A DNA stretch of 64,000 bases from Candidatus Methanomethylophilaceae archaeon (GCA_944320495.1 CALUHR010000003.1:1-64000), one strand, 5' to 3'; positions 26,922 to 37,760 are shown, numbered from the stretch's first letter. The notes: generated by a model from the sequence alone, not told the origin. Numbers and translations are program-made.

Positions 26922-29084
26922 TCACATGTCCCTGACGGTTATCCCATCAATCGTCTCGGCGATCGCGCGGGTCTCCGCATCACATGTGAACAGCAGGATC
27001 TGCATCTCCCCGGCCAGCCCGGCAAGAGCGCGGAGCGCCCCCTCCTTCCTGCCCGAGTCGAAGGGGAGCAGCACGTCGTCGAGGATGACGGGGACCCTGC
27101 CCTCGCCCATCTCGCGCGCCACAGCGAGCTTCACGGACAGAAGGACCTGTGCCCTGAGGCCGGAGCTCCATTCCCCGATGCCCTTGACCTCGTCCCCGGA
27201 GCGGATCGACAGGTCCTTGGACCTCGGGTCCGTGTCCAGCCTGTACCTGCCGTCGGTCATCATGGAGAGGAAACGGTCGGCCGTGGCGATCACGCCGGGC
27301 TGCACCTGGGAGTAGATCTCCTCGCATGCGTCGTCCGCGATGGAGCAGGCCAGGAGGCCGACGGCACCGTCCTCCAGGGCCCTGCCCCGCTCGTTCGAGA
27401 GCTGCGCCTTGCGGTCCATCATCCTCTCCAGGTCCTCCGTGTCCAGGATGGCATTCATCTTCTCCTCGATAGTACCGATCTCCTGGCGCACATCGCCCAT
27501 CCTGGCGGAGGAGCTGTCGGTCGGCCTCTCGACGGGGCACACCGGCACGTCGGGGTCGAGGCCCGCGCTGGATATGGCGCCGCGCAGCTCGGCGATCTGG
27601 CGATCGATGTCGGCGGCCCTGCGGGTGCTCTCCAGGGAGCGCTGGAAGCCCTCCTTCCCGGAGAACCTCTGCGTGAACTGCAGGAGCTTCGTATCCGCAT
27701 CGCCCTTGTCGGCCCTGGCGCGGAGCACGTGCCTCTCCATCCTCTCGATGGATGCGGCGGCGTCCCTGGCCTTCGTGAGGCATTCGACGTCATCCTCCAT
27801 CCCGTACGATTCTAGCCCTAGGTCGGACATGACCGATGCCACCTCGTCCTCGAAGGCCGACATCCTCCGCCGCACGGCGCCGATCTCCGCATCCGTCCCG
27901 TCATCGTCTGTATCGGGCGATGGGGAATGGACGCGCACCTCGTGTCCACGGGCACCCAGGACGACGGCGACTGCGCCGACTGCCGTGAGCGCCAGGGCGT
28001 ATGGCGTGTACATGACGCCCAGCACCAGGCCTGCGACGGCGAGGATGAGCCCCAGGACCATGACCGGCATGGATCTGACACGGCGGACCTCGGTGACGGG
28101 TGCGGACCTCTTCGGGGCCCTCTGGCGGGATTCCAGTCCCCTGAGGGTGCGGGAGTCTTCCTTGTACGCCTGCAGACGTCCGGGGAAGGTCTCTATGGCC
28201 TTCGAACGGGCGGCCACCTTGCGGCGGTCGGCACCCCTCAGGTCCCTCTCCTCCTCCTGACGGCGGCTGTTCAGCTGTTCGAGCTCGTTCTCCGCGGCGG
28301 AGGCCCTGGAGACCAGATCGCCGTAGCGGGCCTCGTCCTCAGGAGACACCGTCACGAACTCGCCCAGGTCGGCGCGCTCCTTCTGCAGTCTGGACAGCCT
28401 GTCGTAGTTGGACACGTTGGATTCGTAGATGTCGTGTATCCTCTTTGCCTCGATATCGGCCTTGGATTCACCATTCAGCCTCTCGAGCTCGTCGCAGAGC
28501 TCTGACCTGCGTCTGTCGAGCTCCCCATACCTGTCGACCTGGCTCCTCGATTCGGCGATGCCCGCATCTATGCTGGAGATCTCCGAGTCCAGCGATAGCA
28601 CCTTGCTGCGGGAGTTCGACCTCCTGCCGAGACTGGACTCCCACATCTCCTCCGCCGAGGCCCTTGCCGGGGGGAGCGAGTCCCCTCCGGGCACTGTGAG
28701 GAACCTGCTCCTCACCCCGCCCTCGGTGACGACCTTCTCGTCGTCCAGGTCCGAGGGGGTCATGGCGAAAACGCTGCGGTACAGGACGGGGTCGTCCGTA
28801 CCTGTGGGCATGGCAGGACGTTCCCCCTCGACGTTCTTCTGGACCAGCCTGAGCGTCCTCTCCTCGCCGTCCTGCTCGTACGTCAGGGTCCCGGAGTCGG
28901 TCTTCTCTCTCGACGGATACTGGTTCCTCTTGGGTGAAGGCACGAGCGTGGACCTGATGAACTCCATCACGGTAGTCTTCCCGCTCTCGTTGGGACCGTG
29001 AAGCACGGTGAGCCCGTCCGAGAAACGGTAGCTCCTGTCGCGTATCCCTCCGAAGGAGCGGATGGAAGCGGACCTTATCCTCAT
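26922..29084 (-). CDS. YhaN/AAA_27-like coiled-coil ATPase
   Basis: HGPNESGKTT, central TM pair, SSGLRAQ, ILDDVL..FD..R; ATGA overlap with the upstream nuclease. Confidence 0.85.
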   Translation of the reverse strand: MRIRSASIRSFGGIRDRSYRFSDGLTVLHGPNESGKTTVMEFIRSTLVPSPKRNQYPSREKTDSGTLTYEQDGEERTLRLVQKNVEGERPAMPTGTDDPVLYRSVFAMTPSDLDDEKVVTEGGVRSRFLTVPGGDSLPPARASAEEMWESSLGRRSNSRSKVLSLDSEISSIDAGIAESRSQVDRYGELDRRRSELCDELERLNGESKADIEAKRIHDIYESNVSNYDRLSRLQKERADLGEFVTVSPEDEARYGDLVSRASAAENELEQLNSRRQEEERDLRGADRRKVAARSKAIETFPGRLQAYKEDSRTLRGLESRQRAPKRSAPVTEVRRVRSMPVMVLGLILAVAGLVLGVMYTPYALALTAVGAVAVVLGARGHEVRVHSPSPDTDDDGTDAEIGAVRRRMSAFEDEVASVMSDLGLESYGMEDDVECLTKARDAAASIERMERHVLRARADKGDADTKLLQFTQRFSGKEGFQRSLESTRRAADIDRQIAELRGAISSAGLDPDVPVCPVERPTDSSSARMGDVRQEIGTIEEKMNAILDTEDLERMMDRKAQLSNERGRALEDGAVGLLACSIADDACEEIYSQVQPGVIATADRFLSMMTDGRYRLDTDPRSKDLSIRSGDEVKGIGEWSSGLRAQVLLSVKLAVAREMGEGRVPVILDDVLLPFDSGRKEGALRALAGLAGEMQILLFTCDAETRAIAETIDGITVRDM

Positions 29085-30262
29085 CTGCTCGCCCCCATGC
29101 CCGCCACGAGCATTCCAGTGGCCCTCTCCACGAGACGGACTAGCTCCTCGTCGGTGAGCGATACGTAGTAGTCGCGATGGCGGGCCGCGATCGGATTGGC
29201 GAGGATCCTCTCCAGTATTGCCTCCCTTCCGGAGGCGGCGAGTCTCCTGCCGGAGGCTATGACCTTGGCGGTCATGTCCGAACCGCCGGACCTGGAGTCC
29301 ATGTCGATCGACGGGGACGTCTCGATGATGACCTCGCATACGGTGCATCCGAGCACCTTGGACAGATACTCCGAGCTGTCGTTGAGCCTCAGGGCCCCGT
29401 CCAGCTCGCCGGTCCCCGTGAAAGTAATCCTGACGATTTCCCCCGGGCGCACGGCTCCGCGGGCCTCGTTGATGACGTCGTCCATCGTTCTGCCGGTGAT
29501 GTCCAGGCAGATGTCCCTCCACACGATGCCCTGCGTGGGGACGAAGCGCAACTCCGAGACGCGACCACCGTCCACGGTGACCAGGTAGCATCCCTTCTCC
29601 CCGTCCTCGGTGATCTTCCTCCCCTGGATGTTGCCGGGGTACACCACGTACGGGTTCTCCGAGAGTACTGCGCGCCTGTGTATGTGGCCGATGGCCCAGT
29701 AGTCTACCCCGCGGCCTGACATGTCGGACAGCCTGCACGGGGAGTAGTCGTACTGCGCGCCGACGCTGTCGACGTCGCAGTGCAAGACCGCCACGGTGAA
29801 CCTGTCCGGGGACCCCTGGATCATCGACGGGAGGTTGCGCTCCTCGTGCCAGTCGGCGAAGCTCACACCGGCGATCTCCAGCCCGTCGATCCCGTCCAGC
29901 TCTATGTACTCCGGCTCCGTCCCGAACTCGTGGACGTTCGGGGGGTACGGGATGCTGGACTCCCAGTCGGTGTGCGGGTCGTGGTTTCCACGAGAGATGA
30001 AGCACGGTCTGTCGAGACGTGCCAGCTCCGACGCGAACCTGTGCCTGGTGGCCGGGGTGATCGTCGATTCGTCGAAGGCGTCACCGGCGATGACCATGAA
30101 GTCGGCCCCCTCCGATTTGGCGAGGTCCACTATGCGCGAGAACGACTGGAACACCGACTCGGTCATCCTCTCGCCGGCTTCGGGGTCCTTCGAGGACACC
30201 CCCTTGAACCTGCTTCCCAGATGTAGGTCCGCGCAATGAACGAACCTGAAGTGTGCACCCAT
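29081..30262 (-). CDS. Mre11/SbcD (YhaO-like) metallophosphoesterase nuclease
   Basis: ADLHLGS, AGDAFD, GNHD, DYWAIGHIH, YPGNIQGR. Confidence 0.9.
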   Translation of the reverse strand: MGAHFRFVHCADLHLGSRFKGVSSKDPEAGERMTESVFQSFSRIVDLAKSEGADFMVIAGDAFDESTITPATRHRFASELARLDRPCFISRGNHDPHTDWESSIPYPPNVHEFGTEPEYIELDGIDGLEIAGVSFADWHEERNLPSMIQGSPDRFTVAVLHCDVDSVGAQYDYSPCRLSDMSGRGVDYWAIGHIHRRAVLSENPYVVYPGNIQGRKITEDGEKGCYLVTVDGGRVSELRFVPTQGIVWRDICLDITGRTMDDVINEARGAVRPGEIVRITFTGTGELDGALRLNDSSEYLSKVLGCTVCEVIIETSPSIDMDSRSGGSDMTAKVIASGRRLAASGREAILERILANPIAARHRDYYVSLTDEELVRLVERATGMLVAGMGASR

Positions 30263-30410
30263 GCCTCCAACCAGGCCTTCGCCGTATATGAACGGATGCA
30301 GGGGGGTGCGCCGAAAACCCCAGATTCGTGTTGATGGACCTCTCATCCAAAGATGGATGCGCTTGGACGACCCATCCATTATATCTTCACAGCGGAATCC
30401 GCTGGCCATC

Positions 30411-32237
30411 ATGGACTGCATCAAGAAGAAGGTGAACGAGGAGCTCCAGAGGGGCTGGATCGGCAGCGACCTCGCCTGCAACTACCATCCGTGCCACTTC
30501 ACGGGACAGGACTGCACGTTCTGCTACTGTCCGTTCTATCCCTGCCACGACACCGACCTCGGCGAGATGCTCGTCGGCAGGCGCGGCAACGAGGTATGGT
30601 CATGCTCCGACTGCCTCTTCATCCACCGCACCGAGGTGTGCCAGTTCATCATTTCCGAGGTGGGGCGCCTCGGCGTCACGGAGGCTGGCGACCCCCGCTT
30701 CATGGACATATTCGCCGAAGCCAAGAAACGCTTCTGGCACGAGGGCAGCGCCCTCATGGTCGTGGGAGCCACATCGGACGCAGGCAAGTCCATCACCGTC
30801 GCCGCGCTCTGCCGCATCCTCCACAGGAGGGGCTACATCGTCGCCCCCTTCAAGAGCCAGAACATGAGCCTCAACGCCAAGGCCACCAGGATGGGCACGG
30901 AGATCGCCATGGCGCAGACCGTCCAGGCCAAGGCAGCCGGCCTCAAGACGCCCGACAGCCACATGAACCCCATACTCCTCAAGCCGAAGGGTGACACGGT
31001 GTCCCAGGTTGTCGTGTGCGGGAAGCCGTATGCGGACTACGACGTGGAATCGTACTACGGTGAGTTCGTCCCCGGACCCGGCAGGTCGATCGTCCGCGAG
31101 AACATCGCCTTCCTGAAAAGGCACTACGACTTCGTCCTCATGGAGGGTGCCGGATCCCCGGCGGAGATCAACATCTACGACGTGGACATCGCCAACATGG
31201 GCGCCGCCAGGGAGGCCGATGCCGACGTGATACTCGTGGTGAACGTCGAATGGGGCGGCGCGTTCGCCTACGCGCTGGGAACCATCGAGCTCATCCCGGA
31301 GGAGGACAGGAGGAGGATCAAGGGCGTCGTGTTCAACAACGTCCGCGGAGACACGGAGAGGTTCAGGACCGGGATACCCGAGTTCGAACGCCTCTGCGGG
31401 GTCCCGGTCATCGGCGTCATCCCCCACGGGGACTTCGTGCTCCCCTCGGAGGACTCCGAGGCGCTCAGGAGCGTCGCCACCATGGGCCACGGCAGATGCA
31501 GGATCGCGGCAGTGCGCTACCCGAGGATCGCCAACTTCACCGACCTGGACCCGCTTTTCCTGGAGGATGTGACCGTCGTCTTCGCCGAGAGGCCCGAGGA
31601 CCTGGACGGCGCCGACGCGATCGTCCTGCCCGGCACGAAGAACACCGTCCAGGACCTCCTGTGGATGGAGAGCGCCGGCATCGCCGACAAGGTGCGCTCC
31701 CTCAGGGGCAAGGTGCCGATCGTGGGAATATGCGGCGGGTACCAGATGATGGGGCGCGAGCTCCGGGACCCGGAGGGGATCGAGGGCGGGGTCAGCCGCA
31801 CCCTGCCCGGACTGGGGCTGTTCGACATGACAACCACATTCGGCGACTACTCCAAGCGCGTCGTGAACAGCGAGGGGCGCATGCTCGTCGGCGATGGCGG
31901 CGACATCACTGGCTATGAGCTGCACATGGGCATGTCCGAGGTCCGCGAGGAGCCGCTCTTCGAGATAACCAACAACTTCGACAGGGACAGGGTCACCGAC
32001 GGAGCCGTGAGGGAGAATGAGATGCTCTACGGCACATACCTCCACGGGATATTCGACAGGAAGCCCTTCAGGACCCATTTCCTCTCCAGGATAACGCATG
32101 GAGGGGAGCGCTACGACGCCTCCGACTCCCGCGACTACGACGATATCCTCGAGGAGAACCTCGAGAGGCTGGCGGACGTGTTCGAATCCAACCTGGACAT
32201 GGACGCGGTCATGCGCATGCTGGGGGTGGGCGAGTGA
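30411..32237 (+). CDS. cobQ: Cobyric acid synthase with N-terminal Cys-rich domain
   Basis: CNYHPCH..QDCTFCYCPFYPC domain, then GATSDAGKS, PFKSQNMSLN, EGAGSPAEIN, GICGGYQM, GTYLHG. Confidence 0.9.
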   Translation: MDCIKKKVNEELQRGWIGSDLACNYHPCHFTGQDCTFCYCPFYPCHDTDLGEMLVGRRGNEVWSCSDCLFIHRTEVCQFIISEVGRLGVTEAGDPRFMDIFAEAKKRFWHEGSALMVVGATSDAGKSITVAALCRILHRRGYIVAPFKSQNMSLNAKATRMGTEIAMAQTVQAKAAGLKTPDSHMNPILLKPKGDTVSQVVVCGKPYADYDVESYYGEFVPGPGRSIVRENIAFLKRHYDFVLMEGAGSPAEINIYDVDIANMGAAREADADVILVVNVEWGGAFAYALGTIELIPEEDRRRIKGVVFNNVRGDTERFRTGIPEFERLCGVPVIGVIPHGDFVLPSEDSEALRSVATMGHGRCRIAAVRYPRIANFTDLDPLFLEDVTVVFAERPEDLDGADAIVLPGTKNTVQDLLWMESAGIADKVRSLRGKVPIVGICGGYQMMGRELRDPEGIEGGVSRTLPGLGLFDMTTTFGDYSKRVVNSEGRMLVGDGGDITGYELHMGMSEVREEPLFEITNNFDRDRVTDGAVRENEMLYGTYLHGIFDRKPFRTHFLSRITHGGERYDASDSRDYDDILEENLERLADVFESNLDMDAVMRMLGVGE

Positions 32238-33076
32238 GGATCCTCGTCCTCGGCACGTCCTCCGACGCAGGGAAGACCGTCATCGGCGCCATGATCTGCC
32301 GCCACATGGCCCGCAGGGGGCTAGACCCCGTGCCCTTCAAGGCGTTCAACCTGTCGCTCAACTCCTATGCCACCAAGGACGGCGGGGAGATCGGGATGGG
32401 GCAGACATTCCAGGCGTGGGCCTGCGGCCTCGAGCCTGAGACCGACATGAACCCCGTGCTCTACAAGCCGTCCGGCGGGGGCAGGATGCAGATGATCGTC
32501 GGGGGGAGACCGCTCATGGACATCGGCAACGGCGTCGAGCCCGACAGGGAGGCGGCGGTGAGAGGGATTCGCGAGGCATACGGCAGGCTCTCGTCCGCCC
32601 ACGGATGCGTGGTGTGCGAGGGGTCCGGATCCCCCGCCGAGCTGAACCTCATGTCCAGCGACCTCGCCAACACCGGGCTCATGCGCCTCCTGGGAGTGCC
32701 CGCGGTGCTGGTCGCCGATATCGAGCGCGGAGGGGCCTTCGCAGCGATATACGGGACGTGGAGGATCATCCCGGAGGACGTCAGACCCCTGCTCAAGGGC
32801 TTCGTGATCAACCGCTTCAGGGGCGACGCCTCCATCCTCGGGGACGGCATCAGGAGGATCGAGGAGCTCACCGGCATGAGGTGCCTGGGCGTCATACCCT
32901 ATCTGCCGCTTAGGTTCCCGGAGGAGGACTCGCTGTCGCGGTCCGAGGGGAGGCTCCAGGGCGAGGACGTCAGGCAGGCGTTCCTGTCCAACCTGGACGA
33001 GCTGCTCGACGCGGCGGAGGCCGGCGGATTCGACTTCAGGCTCCTGGAGGACATCACGGACGAGGGTCAGAGCCGA
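32234..33076 (+). CDS. CobQ paralog lacking the glutaminase domain; proposed CGA stop
   Basis: GTSSDAGKT, PFKAFNLSLN, EGSGSPAELN, ADIERGG; jumps from PEEDS to the terminal helix. CGA at 33074; standard stop at 33109. Confidence 0.8.
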
Positions 33077-33166
33077 CGCACGACGACACGATTAACTACC
33101 GACGAGTGATAGTCCAGACAATTCACCCCGGGCGGATCCCCGTACCGGAGGACGGGGGACGTACCC

Positions 33167-34525
33167 ATGAACAGCGAGTACAAGAGATTCATCGAGAGCA
33201 AGGCCAAGGAGTGCCAGTCCATCGACAGCTTCCCGCCGGAGCTCTACGAGAAGTTCGATGTCAAGAAGGGGCTGCGCGACAACAAGGGCAACGGCGTCGT
33301 CGTCGGGCTCACGAGCATCTCCCAGGTCGACGGGACCGAGAAGATCGACGGGAAGAAGGTCCCCTGCGAGGGCAAGCTGCGCTACCGCGGCTACGACATC
33401 GAGGACCTGACCCAGGGGTTCCTGAACAAACGCTTCGGGTTCGAGGAGTGCACCTATCTCCTGCTGTTCGGCAACCTCCCCACCCAGGACGAACTCGAGG
33501 AGTTCAAGATGCACCTGGCCGAGGAGAGGAGGCTTCCCGTCACCTTCACCAGGGACGTCATCATGAAGGCCGCCAACAAGGACATCATGAACTCCGTGTC
33601 CAGATGCATACTGTTCCTCTCCTCCTACGACAAGAACGCCCTGGACAACTCCACCAAGAACGTCCTCAGGCAGTGCATCTACCTGATCAGCGTCTTCCCC
33701 ATGCTCACCGTCTACAGCTACCACGCCTACAACCACTACATCAACGACGAGAGCATGTACATCCACCGCCCGGACCCGAGGCTCTCCACCGCGGAGAACT
33801 TCCTCAGGATGCTCAGGCCGGACAAGTCCTACACCTACCTGGAGGCCACCGTCCTCGACCTGGCGCTGGTTCTGCACATGGAGCACGGCGGAGGCAACAA
33901 CTCCACCTTCACCACCCGCGTGACCACGTCCTCGGGATCGGACACGTACGCGGTCATCGCCGCGGCCATGTCCTCCCTCAAGGGACCGAAGCACGGCGGC
34001 GCCAACCTGAAGGTCATGGACATGATGGACGACCTCAAGCGCCACGTGAAGCATCCGGACAACAGGAAGTCGCTAACCAAGTACCTCTCGGACGTCCTGG
34101 ACAAGAAGGCGTTCGACCACCAGGGCCTGATCTACGGCATGGGCCACGCGGTATACACCCTCTCGGACCCCAGGGCCAAGGTCTTCAAGTCCTTCGTCGA
34201 GAAGCTCGCCGCCGAGAAGGGGAGGCTGGACGACTACAACCTCTACGCCGCCGTCGAGGAGATCGCCCCGGAGCTCATCATGGCCAAGCACCCCAACACC
34301 ACCGGTGTCTCCGCCAACGTGGACTTCTACAGCGGGTTCGTCTACGACCTGCTCGGCATCCCGAGGGAGCTGTACACCCCGATCTTCGCCACCGCCAGGA
34401 TAGTCGGGTGGAGCGCCCACAGGATCGAGGAGATCGTCACCTCCAACAAGATCCTCCGTCCCGCCTACGTGAACATCGGAGAGCCCAGGGAGTACGTGCC
34501 CCTGGACAGGAGGGGTTCCGAATGA
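33167..34525 (+). CDS. gltA: Citrate synthase
   Basis: EHGGGNNSTF, GPKHGGAN, IYGMGHAVY...DPR, ANVDFYSG, RIVGWSAH. Confidence 0.95.
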   Translation: MNSEYKRFIESKAKECQSIDSFPPELYEKFDVKKGLRDNKGNGVVVGLTSISQVDGTEKIDGKKVPCEGKLRYRGYDIEDLTQGFLNKRFGFEECTYLLLFGNLPTQDELEEFKMHLAEERRLPVTFTRDVIMKAANKDIMNSVSRCILFLSSYDKNALDNSTKNVLRQCIYLISVFPMLTVYSYHAYNHYINDESMYIHRPDPRLSTAENFLRMLRPDKSYTYLEATVLDLALVLHMEHGGGNNSTFTTRVTTSSGSDTYAVIAAAMSSLKGPKHGGANLKVMDMMDDLKRHVKHPDNRKSLTKYLSDVLDKKAFDHQGLIYGMGHAVYTLSDPRAKVFKSFVEKLAAEKGRLDDYNLYAAVEEIAPELIMAKHPNTTGVSANVDFYSGFVYDLLGIPRELYTPIFATARIVGWSAHRIEEIVTSNKILRPAYVNIGEPREYVPLDRRGSE

Positions 34526-34971
34526 TCGGCAACCCCAGCAACAAGGCGATCAGGAACGCCAAGAAGGCGCTGGAGTCCCTGGACCTCAACTACGAGGACC
34601 GCGACGGCACCATCGTGCTGAGCGCCATGGGGGACGACCTGCCCATCGGCATGGTCATCATCGCCGACGACGGCAACATGACCCTGAACATCTACTGCTA
34701 CCTGATGTTCGACTTCGGGTCGGAGGCCAGGATGAAGCTCATCCCCGAGCTGAACACGCTGAACAACACCATAAACAACGGCGGGTTCTACATGTCGGAC
34801 GACGAGAACAAGATCTACTTCAAGATCGTCCAGAGCTTCTACGACCAGGTCCCCTCGGACGAGACCATCGCCCACCTGATCAAGGTGGCGTTCAAGACCG
34901 TCGACGTCAACGACGGCAAGCTGAAGGACCTCATCCCGAAGGACGCGATGAAGGACCTGATGTACTCGTGA
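34522..34971 (+). CDS. YbjN-like (sensory transduction regulator) domain protein
   Basis: 149 aa with a LN..N......GGFY pattern; ATGA overlap with gltA. Confidence 0.6.
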   Translation: MIGNPSNKAIRNAKKALESLDLNYEDRDGTIVLSAMGDDLPIGMVIIADDGNMTLNIYCYLMFDFGSEARMKLIPELNTLNNTINNGGFYMSDDENKIYFKIVQSFYDQVPSDETIAHLIKVAFKTVDVNDGKLKDLIPKDAMKDLMYS

Positions 34972-35874
34972 TCGCCTTCCGGCGACCATCCTCTCCACCG
35001 GCCTGCGGGCACCGGCGACGACCTCGTCCGGGAGCTCGACGGCCGGTCCCATCTTCTCCAGGCACTCCAGCACGCCCTCGGGGGTTGCCATCTTCATGGC
35101 CCCGCACACGGCGGACTCGGGGAACCACCACACCCTTCCGGGGACCTCCTTATCGAGCCTGTGCCTCATGCCGACCTCGGTGAGCACGATGAACTCCCTC
35201 GACTCGGACTGGCGGCAGTGGCCGATCATGCCCTCGGTGGAACCGATGAAGTCGGCCATCGCGAGGACCGGCGCCCTGCACTCGGGGTGGGCGAGGACCT
35301 CCGCGCCGGGATGCTCGCGCCTGAGCGCCTCCACCTGGCCGACCGATATGGATTGGTGGATGGGGCAGAACCCGTGCCAGAGCTCGATGTCCTTGGATGG
35401 GTTCTTGGATGCGGCGTAGGAGCCGAGGTTCCTGTCGGGAACGAAGAGGACCTTGTCGGAGGACAGTCCCGAGACGACCTTGACGGCGTTGGACGACGTG
35501 CAGCACACGTCCATCTCCGCCTTGCACGCGGCCGTCGAGTTGACATAGCCGACGACCTCGCACCCGGGGTTGCGAGCACGAGCCTCGCGGATCTGCTCCG
35601 GGGTGCACATCTGCGCCATGGAGCACACCGCATCCGGATCGGGGATCAGCACGGTCTTGCCCGGATTGAGGATCTTGGCGGTCTCGGCCATGAAGGACAC
35701 GCCGCAGAACACGATGACATCGGCGTCCGTCTCGGACGCCGCTATGGAGAGGCCGAGGGAATCCCCGACCTTGTCGGCGATGTCCTGCACCTCTGGCAGG
35801 CAGTAGTTGTGCGCCAGGATGATGGCGTTGCGTTCGCACTTGAGCTCGGCTATCCTCTCCGAGACGTCGACCAT
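34972..35874 (-). CDS. nadA: Quinolinate synthase; proposed CGA stop
   Basis: ILAHNY, GDSLGLS, VFCGVSFMAET, CSMA, YVNSTA, CTSSNA, CPIH, HPEC, C..MK. CGA after ERMVAGR gives 300 aa; standard code gives a junk extension to 34465. Confidence 0.92.
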
Positions 35875-35963
35875 GCCTGCGCGATTGACGCACCCATATA
35901 AATCATGCCCCAATCTATTTAGGAAAACCTAATCGAATGGTATATGCCCCCGATTACACGACC

Positions 35964-36116
35964 ATGTCGGAGATCGTGCTCAACCCCAACTGCAACTGCC
36001 CCAAGGTGGAGTGCCCCAACCACGGGAACTGCATGGCATGCGTGGAGAACCACAAGGCCAACAGCAAGCTCATCCCGTTCTGCCTGAGATTCATGGTCGA
36101 AAACAACCAGGCCTGA
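35964..36116 (+). CDS. Small Cys-rich protein (50 aa)
   Basis: MSEIVLNPNCNCPKVECPNHGNCMACVENHK...PFCLRF; missed by the ORF track because of its size. Confidence 0.7.
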   Translation: MSEIVLNPNCNCPKVECPNHGNCMACVENHKANSKLIPFCLRFMVENNQA

Positions 36117-36283
36117 ACCGGCGGCCACGATTCCAAATCCCGGACGGCCGCCTGCGGGCAATGTCCGGGCGTTTCTTTTCTTCTATCAGATAGTTAGCAA
36201 ATGAACATGCATATGAATATGCAAGTGCATCAGAATATGCATGTGCATATGAATATGAACCATGAAAACATCACGACTACTGA

Positions 36284-36673
36284 GGAGAAGGACAGCCATT
36301 CGCTTACAATGGACTCAATCCTGAATCCATCCCCAAAATAGAGAAGGGTCTCAACGAACTGTGCAATAGGATACCCCGCGCTACATCCCACAGCTCTCAT
36401 ATCACGTCTACAAAGGAGCCGATCAACAATCCGAAAGGAAAGTACAGGGACCCGAAGGAGACGAAGGAAGCAATCCTGGAATCGCTCAGGATCAACGGCG
36501 GCCAAAGCGGACGGGAATTGGCGACATCTGTAGGCTACAATGGCGTGAACAACACCTTCCGCAGATGCTTAGCCGAACTCATGGAGGCCGGCCTGGTCGA
36601 ATACTTGTATCCGGACTCACCCAGGGACAGGCGCCAGAAGATATGTCTGGCAAAACGCGGACTAACGCCCCGA
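36284..36673 (+). pseudogene. Fragment of a winged-HTH (Fic/RecG C-terminal-like) protein
   Basis: AILESL...SGRELA..VG...TFRRCL.ELMEAGLVEY..PDSPRD..QK. No usable start upstream; CGA at 36671. Confidence 0.5.
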
Positions 36674-36716
36674 TTCGGCGCCAACGGATTTATCCGGGAC
36701 CCTCCATGCGAGCCCC

Positions 36717-37091
36717 ATGAACAGAGAGGAAACGGCGGGCAGCAGGTTCGCCTGCAACGACAGGGAGAGGGCGCTTTTCGAGGCGGGGATCAAGATGGGC
36801 ACCATCTACCACCAGTTCGTCGGATCCCCCGTATCCGCAACTACGGTGGATCTCCTGGAGCGGACCATGTCCGAGACCATCATGGTCCAGCCCTACGTGG
36901 AGGATGCACGGATCCGCATCGACCGCTGCCGCATCCCCGACGGGGATGGTACCTATGAGTACGCCTCGCTGACCGGCGACATGATCGACGCGGTCGTCAC
37001 CGTCACTGTGGGTGAGGCGACAGTCGTCGCCGAGATGCGCTACGACGAGGAGCTGGACTATCCCCTGATGTACGTCTCATCCATCTCGTGA
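36717..37091 (+). CDS. mptD: Archaeal dihydroneopterin aldolase
   Basis: FEAGIKMGTIYHQFVGSPVS, Y.SL.G.M, L.YPLMY. Confidence 0.85.
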   Translation: MNREETAGSRFACNDRERALFEAGIKMGTIYHQFVGSPVSATTVDLLERTMSETIMVQPYVEDARIRIDRCRIPDGDGTYEYASLTGDMIDAVVTVTVGEATVVAEMRYDEELDYPLMYVSSIS

Positions 37092-37214
37092 TCCTGGTTG
37101 TTAACCCCAGGTTGAATGTATTTGGATAATACATCCAGCCTGAACATTCGGAGATGAATTAAATAAGAGGTCAACCCATACGGGATAGGCCGACCTTTCG
37201 GCGGGTTGTTGCGA

Positions 37215-37760
37215 ATGATCTCTGACATAAAGATAGGAATCACTGGCCTTCCTGGATCCGGGAAGACCTATGCCCTGTTGCGGGTCATAGAGATGCTGCA
37301 GGACGGGGAGCTGAAGATAGGCGGCATGATCGACGAGCCCGTCGGAGACGGCAGGCACAAGACCGGTTTCACCGTCCGCGACCTTCTCACCGGTGAGACC
37401 GACGTATTCGCCAGCACCGACATCGAGAGCCGCGTCATGGTCGGCAAGCTCGGCGTGGACCTGTCCAAGCTCGAGGCCATCGGCGTGAAGGCGATCAAGG
37501 AGGCCTGCGAGAGCTGCGACATCATCGTCATCGACGAGGTCGGGAAGATGGAGGTCGAGTCCCAGGCGTTCATCGACGCCGTGAAGGAGGCCCTCGACGC
37601 CGACAAACCCATGATCATCACGCTCCACAAGAAATCCAGGAACCCCCTGCTGCAGGACATCCGCAGGAGGGACGACGTCAGGATCCTGGAGGTCACCCCC
37701 ACCAACCGCAACCTGCTTCCATACAAGATCGTGCGCCTCATGAGCGGTGAGAACGTTTGA
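37215..37760 (+). CDS. THEP1-family NTPase
   Basis: ITGLPGSGKT, VIDEVGKME. Confidence 0.9.
   Translation: MISDIKIGITGLPGSGKTYALLRVIEMLQDGELKIGGMIDEPVGDGRHKTGFTVRDLLTGETDVFASTDIESRVMVGKLGVDLSKLEAIGVKAIKEACESCDIIVIDEVGKMEVESQAFIDAVKEALDADKPMIITLHKKSRNPLLQDIRRRDDVRILEVTPTNRNLLPYKIVRLMSGENV

Noticed and set aside
26922-30005. 1027-aa ORF
   Set aside because: The N-terminal ~300 aa are an alternative frame of the Mre11-like gene; the real start is ATG 29084.
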